64,000 nucleotides of DNA from Bifidobacterium breve (GCA_945865605.1 CAMBEL010000002.1:24473-88472); one strand, 5' to 3'; positions 43,062 through 53,844 are shown, counted from the stretch's first letter. Translations and numbers: made by a program. Notes: generated by a model from the letters alone, not told the origin.

Positions 43062-44732
43062 GTGATCTCCGACCAGATCGCCGCCTCCATCAAATCCGCT
43101 CTCGCAGCGGCAGATTTGCCATTGCCCGACCGTGGCATTGAGGTCATCGCGGCAAAAAACCGTGACCATGGGGACTGGCAAACCAATGTTGCAATGGCGT
43201 TAGCCAAGGCCGTTGGCGCTCGGCCTTCCGAAATAGCTCAACGCATTATTAATGCCCTTGAACTATCTCCTCCTCCACATGTCGAGCGAGTCGAAATTGC
43301 TGGTCCTGGCTTTCTGAACTTTTTCTTGTCTCCAACTTGGTTGCACGATGTCTTGGTCGAGGTCGTAGCGGCTGGCGAAAACTTTGGGCATGGCGAGATG
43401 TACGCGGGGACGCGGATCAATCTCGAGTTCGTTTCTGCCAACCCGACTGGTCCACTCCACGCCGGTGGTGGACGTTGGGTCGCTGTCGGCGACGCGATCG
43501 CGAACCTGCTCGCGGCTCAGGGTGCTGAGGTACATCGTGAGTACTACCTCAATGACGCGGGCACGCAGTTACAAGTCTTTGCCGCGTCGCTCTATTGCCG
43601 CTATTCGGGAGAAGAACTTCCGACCGATGGGTATCAAGGTGAATATCTCATCGAGATGGCATCCCGTATGCGCGCCGAACTCGGCAATGACGTTTCAATT
43701 GAACAAGCATTGGATTGGGGTTACGCCGACGTTGTCAGGCAACTGCGCGATGATCTCGCTCGCATTGGAGTGCACTTCGATACCTGGTTCTCGGAGCGGT
43801 TGTTGCATGAGCGCGGCGATGTCGCCGAAGTACTCGCAAAACTCACCAAAGACGGCCACACGTTTGACAAAGATGGCGCGTTATGGCTTGGCAGCGAGGC
43901 CTTAGGTGATCAACGCGATCGTGTACTTGTCCGCAACGATGGCGCCACTACGTATCTCGCCAATGATCTCGCTTATCACCGCGACAAGTTGCGGCGCGGG
44001 TTCGATCATTTGATCGATATTTGGGGTGCGGATCACCATGGTCAGGTGAAGTCGCTGCAGGTAGGAATGGGTGCTCTCGGTTACGGGTCGCCTACAGAAC
44101 CCGAACCAGAAATCCTGTTGGGTCAATTAGTGAAACTTCAGCGCGGTGGCGAACTTGTACGTCTGTCGAAGCGCGCGGGTGACGTAATAACGCTTTCGGA
44201 CATTCTTGATGAGGTAGATCCCGATGTCGCTCGGTTGACCTTTTTGCTTCAGGGAATCGATTCAGCGCAGACATTCGATCTAGATGTCGTCACTGCGCAG
44301 TCGATCGAGAATCCAGTTTATTACGTGCAATACGCGCATGCGCGGGTCGCGTCGATTGGCAGGAAGGCGGCGGCGGCTGGAATCAATCGTAAAGAACTCG
44401 CGCGCGTTGATCTGTCGCTGTTGACTCATGAGCGTGAACTCGACTTGTTGCGCTCGCTTGCGGAGTACCCAGAGATTCTCTCACGTGCCGCGGAACTTAG
44501 AGCGCCGCATCGGGTTTCGACATGGGTCCGGGATTTCGCGTCGCGCTTGCATGGTTTCTACCGAGACTGCAGAGTGATAGGCGAGGATGAAGCCCTTACG
44601 CACGCTCGCCTCTGGTTGACCGAGGCATGCCGAATCGGGTTGGCCGATGCTCTCGGGTTACTCGGAGTGAGCGCACCGGATCGCATGGAACGCACAGATG
44701 AGATGCGCGAGCCGGACGGGGGAGATCTGTAG
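43062..44732 (+). CDS. argS: Arginine--tRNA ligase
   Basis: Class I HIGH region SANPTGPLHAGGGRW. Add-1-like N-terminus and DALR-type C-terminus. The start is uncertain. I chose the GTG at 43062 (V-ISDQIAASIKSAL...) because the 75 upstream codons of the raw ORF look non-homologous. Confidence 0.9.
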   Translation: MISDQIAASIKSALAAADLPLPDRGIEVIAAKNRDHGDWQTNVAMALAKAVGARPSEIAQRIINALELSPPPHVERVEIAGPGFLNFFLSPTWLHDVLVEVVAAGENFGHGEMYAGTRINLEFVSANPTGPLHAGGGRWVAVGDAIANLLAAQGAEVHREYYLNDAGTQLQVFAASLYCRYSGEELPTDGYQGEYLIEMASRMRAELGNDVSIEQALDWGYADVVRQLRDDLARIGVHFDTWFSERLLHERGDVAEVLAKLTKDGHTFDKDGALWLGSEALGDQRDRVLVRNDGATTYLANDLAYHRDKLRRGFDHLIDIWGADHHGQVKSLQVGMGALGYGSPTEPEPEILLGQLVKLQRGGELVRLSKRAGDVITLSDILDEVDPDVARLTFLLQGIDSAQTFDLDVVTAQSIENPVYYVQYAHARVASIGRKAAAAGINRKELARVDLSLLTHERELDLLRSLAEYPEILSRAAELRAPHRVSTWVRDFASRLHGFYRDCRVIGEDEALTHARLWLTEACRIGLADALGLLGVSAPDRMERTDEMREPDGGDL

Positions 44733-45982
44733 TGGTCGACCCCACCGCTCCATTTGATCGCACTTTGGTTCCTCCGGGGTTGCTGTCGTTAGATCTAGAC
44801 GCTTTGGTCGCCGAGTACGGAACGCCGTTGTTTGTGTATGACGAAGACCACCTTCGAAGCCGATGTCGCGTATACGTCGAGAACTTCGGTGCTGGCAATG
44901 TTGTTTACGCAAGCAAGGCGTTTCTCTGCGCAGCGATGGCTCGTCTCGTAGCCGAGGAAGACTTAAGTCTTGACGTGTCGACTGGGGGAGAACTCCATGT
45001 CGCGCTGCGGGCTGGTTTCCCGTCGGATCGGATTGTGTTTCACGGCAACAACAAGAGTTCCGACGAGATCGCCCAGGCTCGAGATTCAGGTGTTGGATGC
45101 ATCGTCGCGGATTCAAATGATGAACTGGACCGGTTAGAAAATCTTGGGTATGCGGGAGAGGTACTGGTTCGGGTTACCCCAGGAGTTGAGGCGCATACCC
45201 ACGAGTACGTCGAAACGGGCACCGAGCGGTCGAAGTTCGGTTTCTCCGTCGCAACCGGTGCGGCTATGGAGGCGGTTCAGCGCGTTGCCGGATCGAAGAC
45301 CCTTAGTTTCGGTGGATTGCACTGCCATATTGGTTCCCAGGTATTTCGTCTTGACTCTTACGCGAAGGCGGCCGCCGTCATGGAGAAAGTCGCGTCGAAC
45401 GTAGAGAAGGCCATCGGAACTCCGGTGCCGTCGCTCGATGTTGGCGGAGGGCTTGGTGCGCGTTATCTGCCGGATGATCCAGAACTGAGCGTGGCGCAAT
45501 ACGCCGAGGTCCTTCACGATGCATTGCCCGGTAGGCGAGTCGTCGTCGAACCCGGCAGATCCATCGCCGCTTCTGCCGCTATCACTATTTACAGGGTCGG
45601 CACCGTGAAGAACGTGCCCGGTGTGACTACCTACATTGCGGTCGACGGCGGAATGAGTGACAACCCACGCCCGGTGTTGTACGGGGCTGGCTACGAGGCA
45701 TATTTGCCCGACCGTATTGAACAAGAACGACCTCTAGCCGCATCGGTCGCCGGGAAGCATTGTGAGCAAGGTGATGTGGTTGTTCCCGATGCCCACCTGC
45801 CGGCCGACGTTCGCCCCGGCGATCTCCTTGTAACTCCTGTAACCGGAGCGTATGGATACTCAATGGCGAGCAACTACAACAAGGTGCCGCGACCGGCAGT
45901 TCTATTCGTCAGCGAAGGCAACGTTTGCGCCGTGATACGCCGCGAGAATCCAGATGATCTGACACGCCTTGATGTGGAGTGA
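44732..45982 (+). CDS. lysA: Diaminopimelate decarboxylase
   Basis: VVYASKAF (PLP Lys), HCHIGSQ, GGGLG and EPGRSI blocks. The GTG start overlaps the argS TAG by 1 nt. Confidence 0.9.
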   Translation: MVDPTAPFDRTLVPPGLLSLDLDALVAEYGTPLFVYDEDHLRSRCRVYVENFGAGNVVYASKAFLCAAMARLVAEEDLSLDVSTGGELHVALRAGFPSDRIVFHGNNKSSDEIAQARDSGVGCIVADSNDELDRLENLGYAGEVLVRVTPGVEAHTHEYVETGTERSKFGFSVATGAAMEAVQRVAGSKTLSFGGLHCHIGSQVFRLDSYAKAAAVMEKVASNVEKAIGTPVPSLDVGGGLGARYLPDDPELSVAQYAEVLHDALPGRRVVVEPGRSIAASAAITIYRVGTVKNVPGVTTYIAVDGGMSDNPRPVLYGAGYEAYLPDRIEQERPLAASVAGKHCEQGDVVVPDAHLPADVRPGDLLVTPVTGAYGYSMASNYNKVPRPAVLFVSEGNVCAVIRRENPDDLTRLDVE

Positions 45983-46029
45983 CCGTTCTTCGGGGGGCAA
46001 CCTAACTGCGTGCGCGAGACTGAAACACT

Positions 46030-47352
46030 ATGGCTGAAGATATCGTGAAGGTTGGGCTTCTCGGCTGCGGACACGTGGGATCCGCTCTTGTGCGGCTAAT
46101 CGCGGAGCACCAGGACTCGATCGAGGCACGTACCGGCGTCCGGCTGGCGATCACACGCGTAGCGGTACGCAATCTCGCGCTTGAGCGAGACGTTCCGCTC
46201 CCGGCATCGGTCTTTACCAATGATGGAGCCCAGCTCGTTGGGGATCCAGATGTCGACATCGTCGTCGAACTAATCGGTGGCATTGAACCAGCGCGCGAAC
46301 TCATTTTGGAGGCGCTCAAGACTGGGCGACCGGTAGTTACTGCCAATAAAGAATTGATTGCGAATGTTGGGCGCGAATTGTTTGAAGCCGCCGAGGGAGC
46401 AGGAGTGGATCTCCTATTCGAGGCATCCGTCGCTGGGGGTGTCCCACTGATTCGGCCACTGCGCGAATCTTTGGCCGGCGACCGTATTCGGCGTGTCATG
46501 GGAATAGTGAATGGAACTACGAACTACATCCTCACGCGCATGACCGAATCGGGAGCGTCGTTCAGTGATGCACTAGCTGAGGCGCAATCACTTGGATACG
46601 CCGAGCGTGATCCAACAGCAGATATTGAAGGGTACGACGCCGCGGCGAAGGCCGCGATCATTGCTGGGATCGCGTTTGGGGCGCGAGTTGTCGCAGGAGA
46701 TGTTTACCGAGAAGGTATTAGCGACCTCACCGATGCCGACATCGCCTCGGCGACTGAACTCGGATACGTAGTGAAGTTGTTGGCGGTAGCCGAGGAAGGT
46801 CCTGCGGGAGTGGCGGTACGGGTGCATCCAACGATGGTTCCGCGCAAGCATCCTCTAGCTTCGGTACGCGAGTCATTCAACGCGGTATTCATTGAGGCAG
46901 ACGCCGTTGGTGAACTGATGTTGTATGGGCGCGGAGCGGGTGGTGGCCCAACCGCGAGCGCGGTTTTGGGAGATCTCATCGATGCCGCGAAGAATCTTGC
47001 GAGTGGCGCTCGCGGTGCAACGATTGGGACTCTGGCGCGCAAGCCGATCGTTCCGATTGACGAAGTTCGAAGCCAGTTTTATCTAGCCCTAGAGGCGGCA
47101 GATCGTCCCGGCGTTCTCGCATCGATAGCCGAGCAGTTTGGTGCCCATGGTGTGTCGATCAAGTCGATGCAACAGGTCGGCCTAGACGCCGACGGTGTCA
47201 CGCAACGATCTACTTCCGATGGAGCGCGCCTGATATTTGTCACCCACCTCGCGCGTGAAGCCGACCTTCGAGCAACAGTGCACGCTCTACGCGATGTAGA
47301 AGCAGTGAAGCGCGTAGGCAGTGTGCTGCGAGTTTTGGGTGATGAGTCTTGA
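46030..47352 (+). CDS. hom: Homoserine dehydrogenase (with C-terminal ACT domain)
   Basis: [13 protein letters not shown] motif, [19 protein letters not shown] and a C-terminal ACT-like segment. Confidence 0.9.
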   Translation: MAEDIVKVGLLGCGHVGSALVRLIAEHQDSIEARTGVRLAITRVAVRNLALERDVPLPASVFTNDGAQLVGDPDVDIVVELIGGIEPARELILEALKTGRPVVTANKELIANVGRELFEAAEGAGVDLLFEASVAGGVPLIRPLRESLAGDRIRRVMGIVNGTTNYILTRMTESGASFSDALAEAQSLGYAERDPTADIEGYDAAAKAAIIAGIAFGARVVAGDVYREGISDLTDADIASATELGYVVKLLAVAEEGPAGVAVRVHPTMVPRKHPLASVRESFNAVFIEADAVGELMLYGRGAGGGPTASAVLGDLIDAAKNLASGARGATIGTLARKPIVPIDEVRSQFYLALEAADRPGVLASIAEQFGAHGVSIKSMQQVGLDADGVTQRSTSDGARLIFVTHLAREADLRATVHALRDVEAVKRVGSVLRVLGDES

Positions 47353-48422
47353 CGCAGTTGAGGAGTCCGTGGCCTGGTGTCATTGAGGCGTACCGAGAAT
47401 TTCTCCCAGTATCGGATACGACCGCGGTTGTGACGTTGTTAGAAGGCGGAACCCCGCTTCTTCATGCAGACCGGTTGTCAGAAGACCTTGGGTTAGACGT
47501 GTATCTCAAGATTGAGGGAGCCAACCCAACAGGTTCCTTCAAAGATCGCGGTATGACGATGGCGATCACTAAGGCTGTCGAAGATGGAGCGAAGGTCGTA
47601 GTTTGTGCTTCGACCGGAAACACGTCCGCCAGTGCAGCCGCATACGCGGCGCGAGCAGGAATCACGTGCGGCGTTGTAGTTCCCGAAGGAAAGATTGCAC
47701 TTGGGAAGCTCGCGCAGGCTTTGATCCACGGGGCGAAGGTTGTTCAGGTGCGGGGCAACTTCGATGATGCGTTGCACATAGTTCGAGCTCTCGGCGGTCT
47801 TGGAGAAGCAACGGTCGTTAACTCGATTAACCCCTACCGTATTGAGGGACAGAAGACGGCAAGTTTTGAAGTTGTCGATGTGCTCGGTGACGCTCCGGAT
47901 GTTCATTGCATACCTGTAGGCAACGCGGGCAACATCACGGCCTACTGGCGCGGCTACAAGGAGTACGCGGACCTTGGCAGCGCAACGCGTTTGCCGCGTT
48001 TGCCGCGTATGTTGGGTTGGCAGGCAGCTGGCGCTGCGCCGTTAGTCCTAGGCAAACCGGTTCCAAACCCCGAGACGATTGCTACTGCTATACGAATTGG
48101 CAATCCAGCGAGTTGGCAAGAGGCCATCGGCGCTCGCGATGCTTCTGGCGGATCAATTGGAAGTGTCACTGATGACGAGATCCTCGCCGCCTACCGATTA
48201 TTGGCCACAACCGAAGGTGTGTTCGTCGAGCCAGCATCGGCGGCTTCAGTAGCGGGATTGATGAAGGCCGCAGAGTCCGGACTCGTGGCGCGAGGCGAAC
48301 GTGTGGTCTGCACAGTCACAGGACACGGTCTGAAAGATCCTCAGACTGCGATCGGGGAAGTGAATATCGGGAAGCCGGTCGACGCAACACTCGACGCAGT
48401 CGCATCTGAATTAGGGATATAG
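47349..48422 (+). CDS. thrC: Threonine synthase
   Basis: [17 protein letters not shown] (PLP Lys), ASTGNTSAS and GNAGN blocks. The TTG start overlaps the hom stop. Confidence 0.9.
   Translation: MTQLRSPWPGVIEAYREFLPVSDTTAVVTLLEGGTPLLHADRLSEDLGLDVYLKIEGANPTGSFKDRGMTMAITKAVEDGAKVVVCASTGNTSASAAAYAARAGITCGVVVPEGKIALGKLAQALIHGAKVVQVRGNFDDALHIVRALGGLGEATVVNSINPYRIEGQKTASFEVVDVLGDAPDVHCIPVGNAGNITAYWRGYKEYADLGSATRLPRLPRMLGWQAAGAAPLVLGKPVPNPETIATAIRIGNPASWQEAIGARDASGGSIGSVTDDEILAAYRLLATTEGVFVEPASAASVAGLMKAAESGLVARGERVVCTVTGHGLKDPQTAIGEVNIGKPVDATLDAVASELGI
47987..48008 (+). repeat. In-frame 9-bp tandem duplication (GCGTTTGCC x2 plus partial) inside thrC
   Basis: Copies at 47987-47995 and 47996-48004 are identical. 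They encode RLPRLPRM. Confidence 0.9.
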
Positions 48423-48433
48423 GGCAAAAAGAA

Positions 48434-48452
48434 GCGTTCGACGTTCGAACGC
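48434..48452. other. 7-bp GC-rich hairpin just after thrC (no downstream U-tract on the + strand)
   Basis: GCGTTCG-ACGTT-CGAACGC. An A-tract precedes it, so the U-tract would lie on the opposite strand. Its function is unclear. Confidence 0.3.
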
Positions 48453-48478
48453 ACGGTTGCCAACAATCGGGGAGTTCA

Positions 48479-49267
48479 ATGTCACCATCTAAGACCGCTC
48501 TTGTTACCGGAGCCTCTACCGGCATCGGCCGCGCATTCGCGGTCGAACTCGCGGCCAGGGGATACAACGTCGTCGTGGTTGCCCGCGACGTTGTGAAGTT
48601 GGAAGCACTCGCCCAAGAACTTAAGGGTTCGAATGGCGGAGATGCTGAAGTTCTCCCGGCTGATCTCACTGATCCGGACCAGCTAAGGGTCGTAGAGGAG
48701 CGCGTCGCAGACACATCCCGACCAATCGATCTGTTGGTGAACAACGCGGGATTCGCAACGATGGGTCGATTCGTGGCGTCAGAGATTGATCGTGAGATAG
48801 AAGAAATATCTCTGAACGTCATTGCACTCGTGCGCCTAAGCAGAGCATCGTTGGCGCCAATGGTGGAGCGTGGGAGTGGCGGCTTGATCAACGTCGCTTC
48901 TCTAGCGGCGTTTCAGCCGAATCCGCTCAACGCAACTTACGGTGCGACGAAGGCTTATGTGAACAACTTCAGCCAAGCGGCTCATGAAGAGTTGAAAGGG
49001 ACTGGCGTCAAGTGCATGGTGTTGTGCCCTGGCTTCACGCGGACAGAGTTCCAAGTCAACGCGAACATCGACTCAGGTGATGTTCCGGACTTCTTGTGGC
49101 AGAGCGCAGAGGAAGTAGTTGCCATCGCGCTGCGTGCCTACGACCGGGGGCGCGCGGTGTGTGTCCCGGGAGCCCTAAACACCGGTGTCGCAGCGTTCAC
49201 CGGTTTGATGCCATCGGGTGTTACCCGTCGCGTGGCAGCGATGGTGATTCGGCGCGCCGAGAAGTAG
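48479..49267 (+). CDS. Short-chain dehydrogenase/reductase (SDR)
   Basis: TGASTGIGRA, NNAG and YGATKAY catalytic motifs. GGGGAG Shine-Dalgarno. Confidence 0.85.
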   Translation: MSPSKTALVTGASTGIGRAFAVELAARGYNVVVVARDVVKLEALAQELKGSNGGDAEVLPADLTDPDQLRVVEERVADTSRPIDLLVNNAGFATMGRFVASEIDREIEEISLNVIALVRLSRASLAPMVERGSGGLINVASLAAFQPNPLNATYGATKAYVNNFSQAAHEELKGTGVKCMVLCPGFTRTEFQVNANIDSGDVPDFLWQSAEEVVAIALRAYDRGRAVCVPGALNTGVAAFTGLMPSGVTRRVAAMVIRRAEK

Positions 49268-49283
49268 GCGAACAAATCGCAAG

Positions 49284-50519
49284 TCATGCAGGGTCTATGC
49301 GCAGCACACCTTGGTTGAGCGAGAGGACGTAAAGTTCTCCTGCATTGTCTTCGCCGAAACCAGTGACATTCCCAGCCTCTAATCCGAAGTCGACCTCGTC
49401 GCCAGCAGTTCCGTCTGAATTTATTAGCGTCGCGCGAATCTTGCCGTCGCAAAAGTCGGAGTAGATGTACGCGCCATAGAGGTTCTCAATCTTGGTGCCA
49501 CGGTACACATAGCCGCCACTTATCGAGCACCTACCGTCAGTGTGCGCGTACGCAAGGATAGGCAACACAAGGTTCCCTGGATCATCACCGCGGAAAGCGT
49601 GTTTGCCTTCCTGTATCGGCCAACCAAAGTTGATTGGCCCCGTAGGTGACTTAGGCAGGCGATTGATTTCCTCCCAAGACGCTTCTCCGACGTCCGCGAT
49701 GAAGAGGTCGCCCGTCGCGCGGTCGAACGAGTACTTCCATGGGTTACGCATACCGAACGCGCGAATTTCCGGCAGGGCCGTTCCATCCGTATACGGGTTA
49801 TCGGGTGGAATCGAATAGGGAGTGGTCGCCGTCGCGCGCGGGTCGATGCGGAGCATTTTCCCCAACAGCGTTTTCGGCGACTGGCCATTCCCTTCTGGAG
49901 CGTGCCCCGGTCCTCGATCGCCAGCGGCCCCGCCATCACCCATCCCGATCCACAACATGCCGTCGGGGGCGACAACGATTCCGCCACCGTTGTGGTTGCC
50001 CTGGGGTTGAGCGATTGCGATGATCTCACGTCGCGTTCGTGCGTCGGCAGTTCCGTCTTTACGCATCGCGTACTCAACGACGCGCGTGTGTCCATCGCGG
50101 TTCGTGTAGTTGATAAAAAGTTTTGACCCGTCATTAGAGAAGTCGAGTCCCAACAAACCGCGCTCACCTCCTGAGGAGACATCGCCGCGTATGTCGAGCA
50201 CCGGCGTTGGATCTAGGGCGTTGTCGCGAATGGCCCAGACCTGACCAGATTGTTGTGTGACATACATCGCTGAATCGCCAGCACGGTTGGCGGCCGCAGT
50301 GGGATCTTCGATGTCTGCGACTGGGGTTAGACGAAATCTTGCCGCACGAAGATCAGATAAAGGGCGGTTGTTATCTGTAGTCGGTGCGGCCTTTGTGCTG
50401 GTCGCGCCCCTGGAATTTGGAGGGGGCTTCGTTTCATCACGTGTCGCGCAGCCTGCAGCTGCGGCCCCGGTCGCTAAGCAGATCGCGACGCCGATGGTTA
50501 GGACACGAGGTTTTCTCAC
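49284..50519 (-). CDS. PQQ-dependent (soluble) sugar dehydrogenase-like beta-propeller lipoprotein
   Basis: Lipobox LATGAAAAGC after a basic N-terminus. Blocks HNGGGIVVAPDGMLWIGMGDGG, IRAFGMRNPW and GWP. GTG start. Confidence 0.8.
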   Translation of the reverse strand: MRKPRVLTIGVAICLATGAAAAGCATRDETKPPPNSRGATSTKAAPTTDNNRPLSDLRAARFRLTPVADIEDPTAAANRAGDSAMYVTQQSGQVWAIRDNALDPTPVLDIRGDVSSGGERGLLGLDFSNDGSKLFINYTNRDGHTRVVEYAMRKDGTADARTRREIIAIAQPQGNHNGGGIVVAPDGMLWIGMGDGGAAGDRGPGHAPEGNGQSPKTLLGKMLRIDPRATATTPYSIPPDNPYTDGTALPEIRAFGMRNPWKYSFDRATGDLFIADVGEASWEEINRLPKSPTGPINFGWPIQEGKHAFRGDDPGNLVLPILAYAHTDGRCSISGGYVYRGTKIENLYGAYIYSDFCDGKIRATLINSDGTAGDEVDFGLEAGNVTGFGEDNAGELYVLSLNQGVLRIDPA

Positions 50520-50573
50520 GGCCCCACGGTACCGACAAGGCCGGTTGGTTACCGGTCGCGTACGATCGGGGTC

Positions 50574-51749
50574 GTGAAATATCTGGTTCTTGTACCCGAT
50601 GGTTGCGCAGACGAGCCCTTCGATGGTCTAGGCGGACGCACTCCTCTAGAAGTTGCGAAGATGCCACACCTCTCGGCACTCGCGGCCAAGAGCTTGGTCG
50701 GCCGCGCGGCGGTGATTCCGGATGGGTTGCCACCGGGGAGCGATGTCGGAAACCTTTCGATTCTCGGTTACGACCCGAATGAATTTCATACAGGTCGCGC
50801 ACCGATTGAGGCCGCGGCTATGGGGGTGCACCTTGAGCCGGGCGAAGTTGCTTACCGATGCAATCTCGTAACCGTCGGCGCCGATGGAACGATGGTCGAT
50901 TTCGCTGCAGGCCACCTATCGAGTGAGCAGAGCGCACCGATCATCGCCGCGCTCAATGTGGCACTCGGGAACGGACGTGAAGGTGTCACTTTTCATGCAG
51001 GTGTTGAATACCGACACCTTCTGGTTGTGCCCCGCGAATGGGCGGATGCCGAGTGCACACCTCCGCATGACCTCACCGGAAGAAACGCCGTGCTTCCCCA
51101 AGGTCCAGCGTCTGATCGTCTGATCAAACTTATGGATGCTTCACGCGCGGTCGTGGCCGAAGCCGCAGGTGAAGTCGGATCGACTGCTACACAGATCTGG
51201 TTGTGGGGCCAGGGCGTGCGCCCGGTATTGCCGCGCTTCGCTGACAGGTTCGGCGTAGAAGGTCGCCTCACTTCGGCAGTGGATCTAGTCAGGGGTCTTG
51301 GCGTGCTTAGTGGCATTGAGGTCATGGATGTAGCGGGAGCGACGGCAGGGTTTGACAACGATTACGGAGCGCAACGCGATGCATGTATCGAGTCGCTCGC
51401 CGATCGAGATTTTTTTCTTTTGCATGTTGAGGCAACCGACGAAGCGGGTCATCAGCAAAATGCCGCGGCCAAGGTCGAGTCGCTCGAGGCGTGGGACTCA
51501 GAAATTATTGGCCCATTATTGGGAACTCTCGGGAACTTCGGAGCCTTCCGAATGTTGGTGCTCCCAGACCACGCGACGCCGCTGAGGCTTGGAACCCACA
51601 CCTCAGATCCGGTTCCGTATCTCTACTTCGACAGCCAACGGCCCGGGGCTGGCGGGCTATATACGGAGGCAGGCGTAGCGGATGCACCGATAGTCCCTGG
51701 ACACCAACTGATGTCCCTGATGATTGGTGGCGCACCCGGCAGCACCTAG
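50574..51749 (+). CDS. Cofactor-independent phosphoglycerate mutase (ApgM) family protein; candidate non-orthologous homoserine kinase
   Basis: MKYLVLVPDGCADEP..GGRTPLEVAKMPHL...PPGSDVGNLSILGYDP...HVEATDEAGH is the metalloenzyme/ApgM pattern. It lies in the thr gene neighbourhood, where no GHMP-type thrB is present. Confidence 0.8.
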   Translation: MKYLVLVPDGCADEPFDGLGGRTPLEVAKMPHLSALAAKSLVGRAAVIPDGLPPGSDVGNLSILGYDPNEFHTGRAPIEAAAMGVHLEPGEVAYRCNLVTVGADGTMVDFAAGHLSSEQSAPIIAALNVALGNGREGVTFHAGVEYRHLLVVPREWADAECTPPHDLTGRNAVLPQGPASDRLIKLMDASRAVVAEAAGEVGSTATQIWLWGQGVRPVLPRFADRFGVEGRLTSAVDLVRGLGVLSGIEVMDVAGATAGFDNDYGAQRDACIESLADRDFFLLHVEATDEAGHQQNAAAKVESLEAWDSEIIGPLLGTLGNFGAFRMLVLPDHATPLRLGTHTSDPVPYLYFDSQRPGAGGLYTEAGVADAPIVPGHQLMSLMIGGAPGST

Positions 51750-51907
51750 GATTCATTACGGAATCTCCGCTAGGTGCAGGTGCCCGGCTCTCCTCTGCGA
51801 GAGCTCACCGCTTCAAACCGGGTTCCACCGGATTCGGTCCGAACCAGATTAGAAGTTGGCTTGCGCGGCATCGTTCGCGCGAATCGGCTCGATTCAAGGA
51901 GCAACGT

Positions 51908-53542
51908 ATGCCCCCCGAGCAACTAGAACGCTCGATGCTTGACGACAAAGATCGCGAGGAACTCCACGCGATTGCAGGTGCCATGGGTGTGAAGGGTGTG
52001 ACCAGGTTGCGCAAAGCAGACCTTGTCGACGCGATCCTCGCTGCAGCGGGCACGACCAATGGTGCCTCGACGGGCCGAGCAACGACTGCGCGCAATGCTC
52101 GAAGCACGACTGCGAACACAACAACGTCGTCGGGCGCTGCGCGTCGGTCGGGTCGCCCAACGACTGGTAGTGCTGCCTCAGTTGATGCGGAACTCGGACG
52201 GCCGAGTGCCGATGAAGAATCAATAGGCGGCTCATCGGGAACAACCAACATCTCTTCTGGCGGCGATGCTGGCTACGGGCAAACAGGTGACGGGCAAGCA
52301 GGTGATGATGGAAACCGAACTGCTCCGCGCCGACGACGACGACGTGGGCGCGACCGAGTGGACCGTCTCGCTGACGGCGAAGCAACAGACGGAGCAGGTG
52401 ATCCGGTTGCCGTTGAAGGCCTGTTGGATCTACGCGACGAGGGTTACGGATTCATACGAACCAGTGGGTATCTCGCCGGTCGCAGCGACGTGTATGTGTC
52501 GGCTTCTCAGGTTCGCCGATTCGCTCTGCGGAAGGGCGATCTCATCAAAGGCGAGACGCGACTCCCGGCAAGTAATGAGAAGTATCCAGCGCTTCTGCGT
52601 GCCGACGAGGTCAATGGCATCAACCAAGAAGAACTAGGCACGAGGGTCCGGTTTGAAGATCTCACGCCTTTGTTCCCGGATAGTCGGCTGAGACTTGAGC
52701 TGACCGATGCGCCACTCGAACTTACGGGACGGATCATCGACCTCATCTCGCCGATAGGCAAGGGCCAGCGCGGTCTTATCGTGTCGCCCCCGAAGGCCGG
52801 TAAGACAACCATCCTGAAGCAAATCGTTACCGCGATAGAGCGCAATAACCCAGAGGTCCATCTCATGGTGTTGCTTGTTGACGAACGTCCAGAGGAAGTT
52901 ACGGACATGCGTCGTCATGTCACTCGCGGCGAAGTTGTTGCCTCCACCTTCGACCGTCCATCAGACGAACATACGCATGTCGCCGAGCTGGCGATCGAGC
53001 GAGCGAAACGTCTTGTGGAGACAGGAAAGGACGTTGTGATCGTGCTTGACGGGATAACGCGTCTCGCTCGCGCCTACAACCTCGCAGCGCCTACCTCCGG
53101 TCGGGTCCTGTCTGGTGGTGTCGATTCGACAGCGCTGTACCCACCAAAACGATTTTTCGGCGCGGCTCGAAATGTTGAAGAGGGGGGCTCCCTAACGATC
53201 ATCGCGACTGCGCTCATCGAGACTGGCAGCCGAATGGACGAGGTAATCTTTGAGGAGTTCAAGGGAACCGGAAACATGGAACTTCGCCTAGACCGAAAAC
53301 TCGCGGAACGCCGCCTGTATCCAGCGATCGAAGTCAACGCTTCGGGCACACGCCACGAAGAGCTCTTGTTTGATCGCAATGAACTCGCTCAGGTTTGGAA
53401 GTTACGTCGAGTGCTGAATGCTTTGGCTCAGGACGGTGCATCCGCCACTGGCCTCGAGGTACTGATCGACAAGTTAAAAACGACCAAAAGCAATGAAGAG
53501 TTTCTCGCCCAGATCGCCAAGACCCCTGCTCCTGGCGGCTGA
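51908..53542 (+). CDS. rho: Transcription termination factor Rho (with a low-complexity N-terminal insertion)
   Basis: ATG at 51908 preceded by AAGGAG. N-terminal Rho_N (DLVDAILA). An Arg/Gly/Thr/Ser/Asp-rich segment follows, then the cold-shock-like RNA-binding domain and P-loop SPPKAGKTT. The raw ORF upstream of 51908 overlaps the preceding gene. Confidence 0.95.
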   Translation: MPPEQLERSMLDDKDREELHAIAGAMGVKGVTRLRKADLVDAILAAAGTTNGASTGRATTARNARSTTANTTTSSGAARRSGRPTTGSAASVDAELGRPSADEESIGGSSGTTNISSGGDAGYGQTGDGQAGDDGNRTAPRRRRRRGRDRVDRLADGEATDGAGDPVAVEGLLDLRDEGYGFIRTSGYLAGRSDVYVSASQVRRFALRKGDLIKGETRLPASNEKYPALLRADEVNGINQEELGTRVRFEDLTPLFPDSRLRLELTDAPLELTGRIIDLISPIGKGQRGLIVSPPKAGKTTILKQIVTAIERNNPEVHLMVLLVDERPEEVTDMRRHVTRGEVVASTFDRPSDEHTHVAELAIERAKRLVETGKDVVIVLDGITRLARAYNLAAPTSGRVLSGGVDSTALYPPKRFFGAARNVEEGGSLTIIATALIETGSRMDEVIFEEFKGTGNMELRLDRKLAERRLYPAIEVNASGTRHEELLFDRNELAQVWKLRRVLNALAQDGASATGLEVLIDKLKTTKSNEEFLAQIAKTPAPGG

Positions 53543-53606
53543 TGAACAAGTGTTTACGTTCTTCGCCTGGTATCGGCTACGGCATACTCCCTAGGATGGA
53601 CTGATT

Positions 53607-53831
53607 ATGAAGACAGAGATTCACCCCACCTATACCGACTGCAAAGTGCACTGCTCATGCGGCAATGAGTTCGTGACGCGGTCGACAGTTTCGGAACTGC
53701 GCGTAGAACTTTGCTCGGAGTGTCATCCGTTCTACACCGGTAAGCAAAAGTTGGTGGACACAGGTGGACGGGTAGAGCGATTCGAACGCCGTTACGCCAA
53801 GACGAAGACCAAGTCCAAAACCAAGGCGTAG
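53607..53831 (+). CDS. rpmE: 50S ribosomal protein L31 (Zn-ribbon type A)
   Basis: [16 protein letters not shown]...[13 protein letters not shown]. Confidence 0.95.
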   Translation: MKTEIHPTYTDCKVHCSCGNEFVTRSTVSELRVELCSECHPFYTGKQKLVDTGGRVERFERRYAKTKTKSKTKA

Positions 53832-53844
53832 TTCACCGCTCGCC

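Noticed and set aside
48434-48452. Hairpin after thrC considered as an intrinsic terminator
   Set aside because: The 7-bp stem is real, but no U-tract follows on the coding strand. The T-tract is on the opposite strand, where no upstream gene needs it. I kept it only as a low-confidence 'other' feature.
51491-51907. N-terminal extension of the Rho ORF (raw ORF starts at 51491)
   Set aside because: It overlaps the 3' end of the PGM-like gene and has Arg/Trp/Pro-rich junk composition. The ATG at 51908 has a perfect AAGGAG Shine-Dalgarno and begins a recognisable Rho N-terminus.
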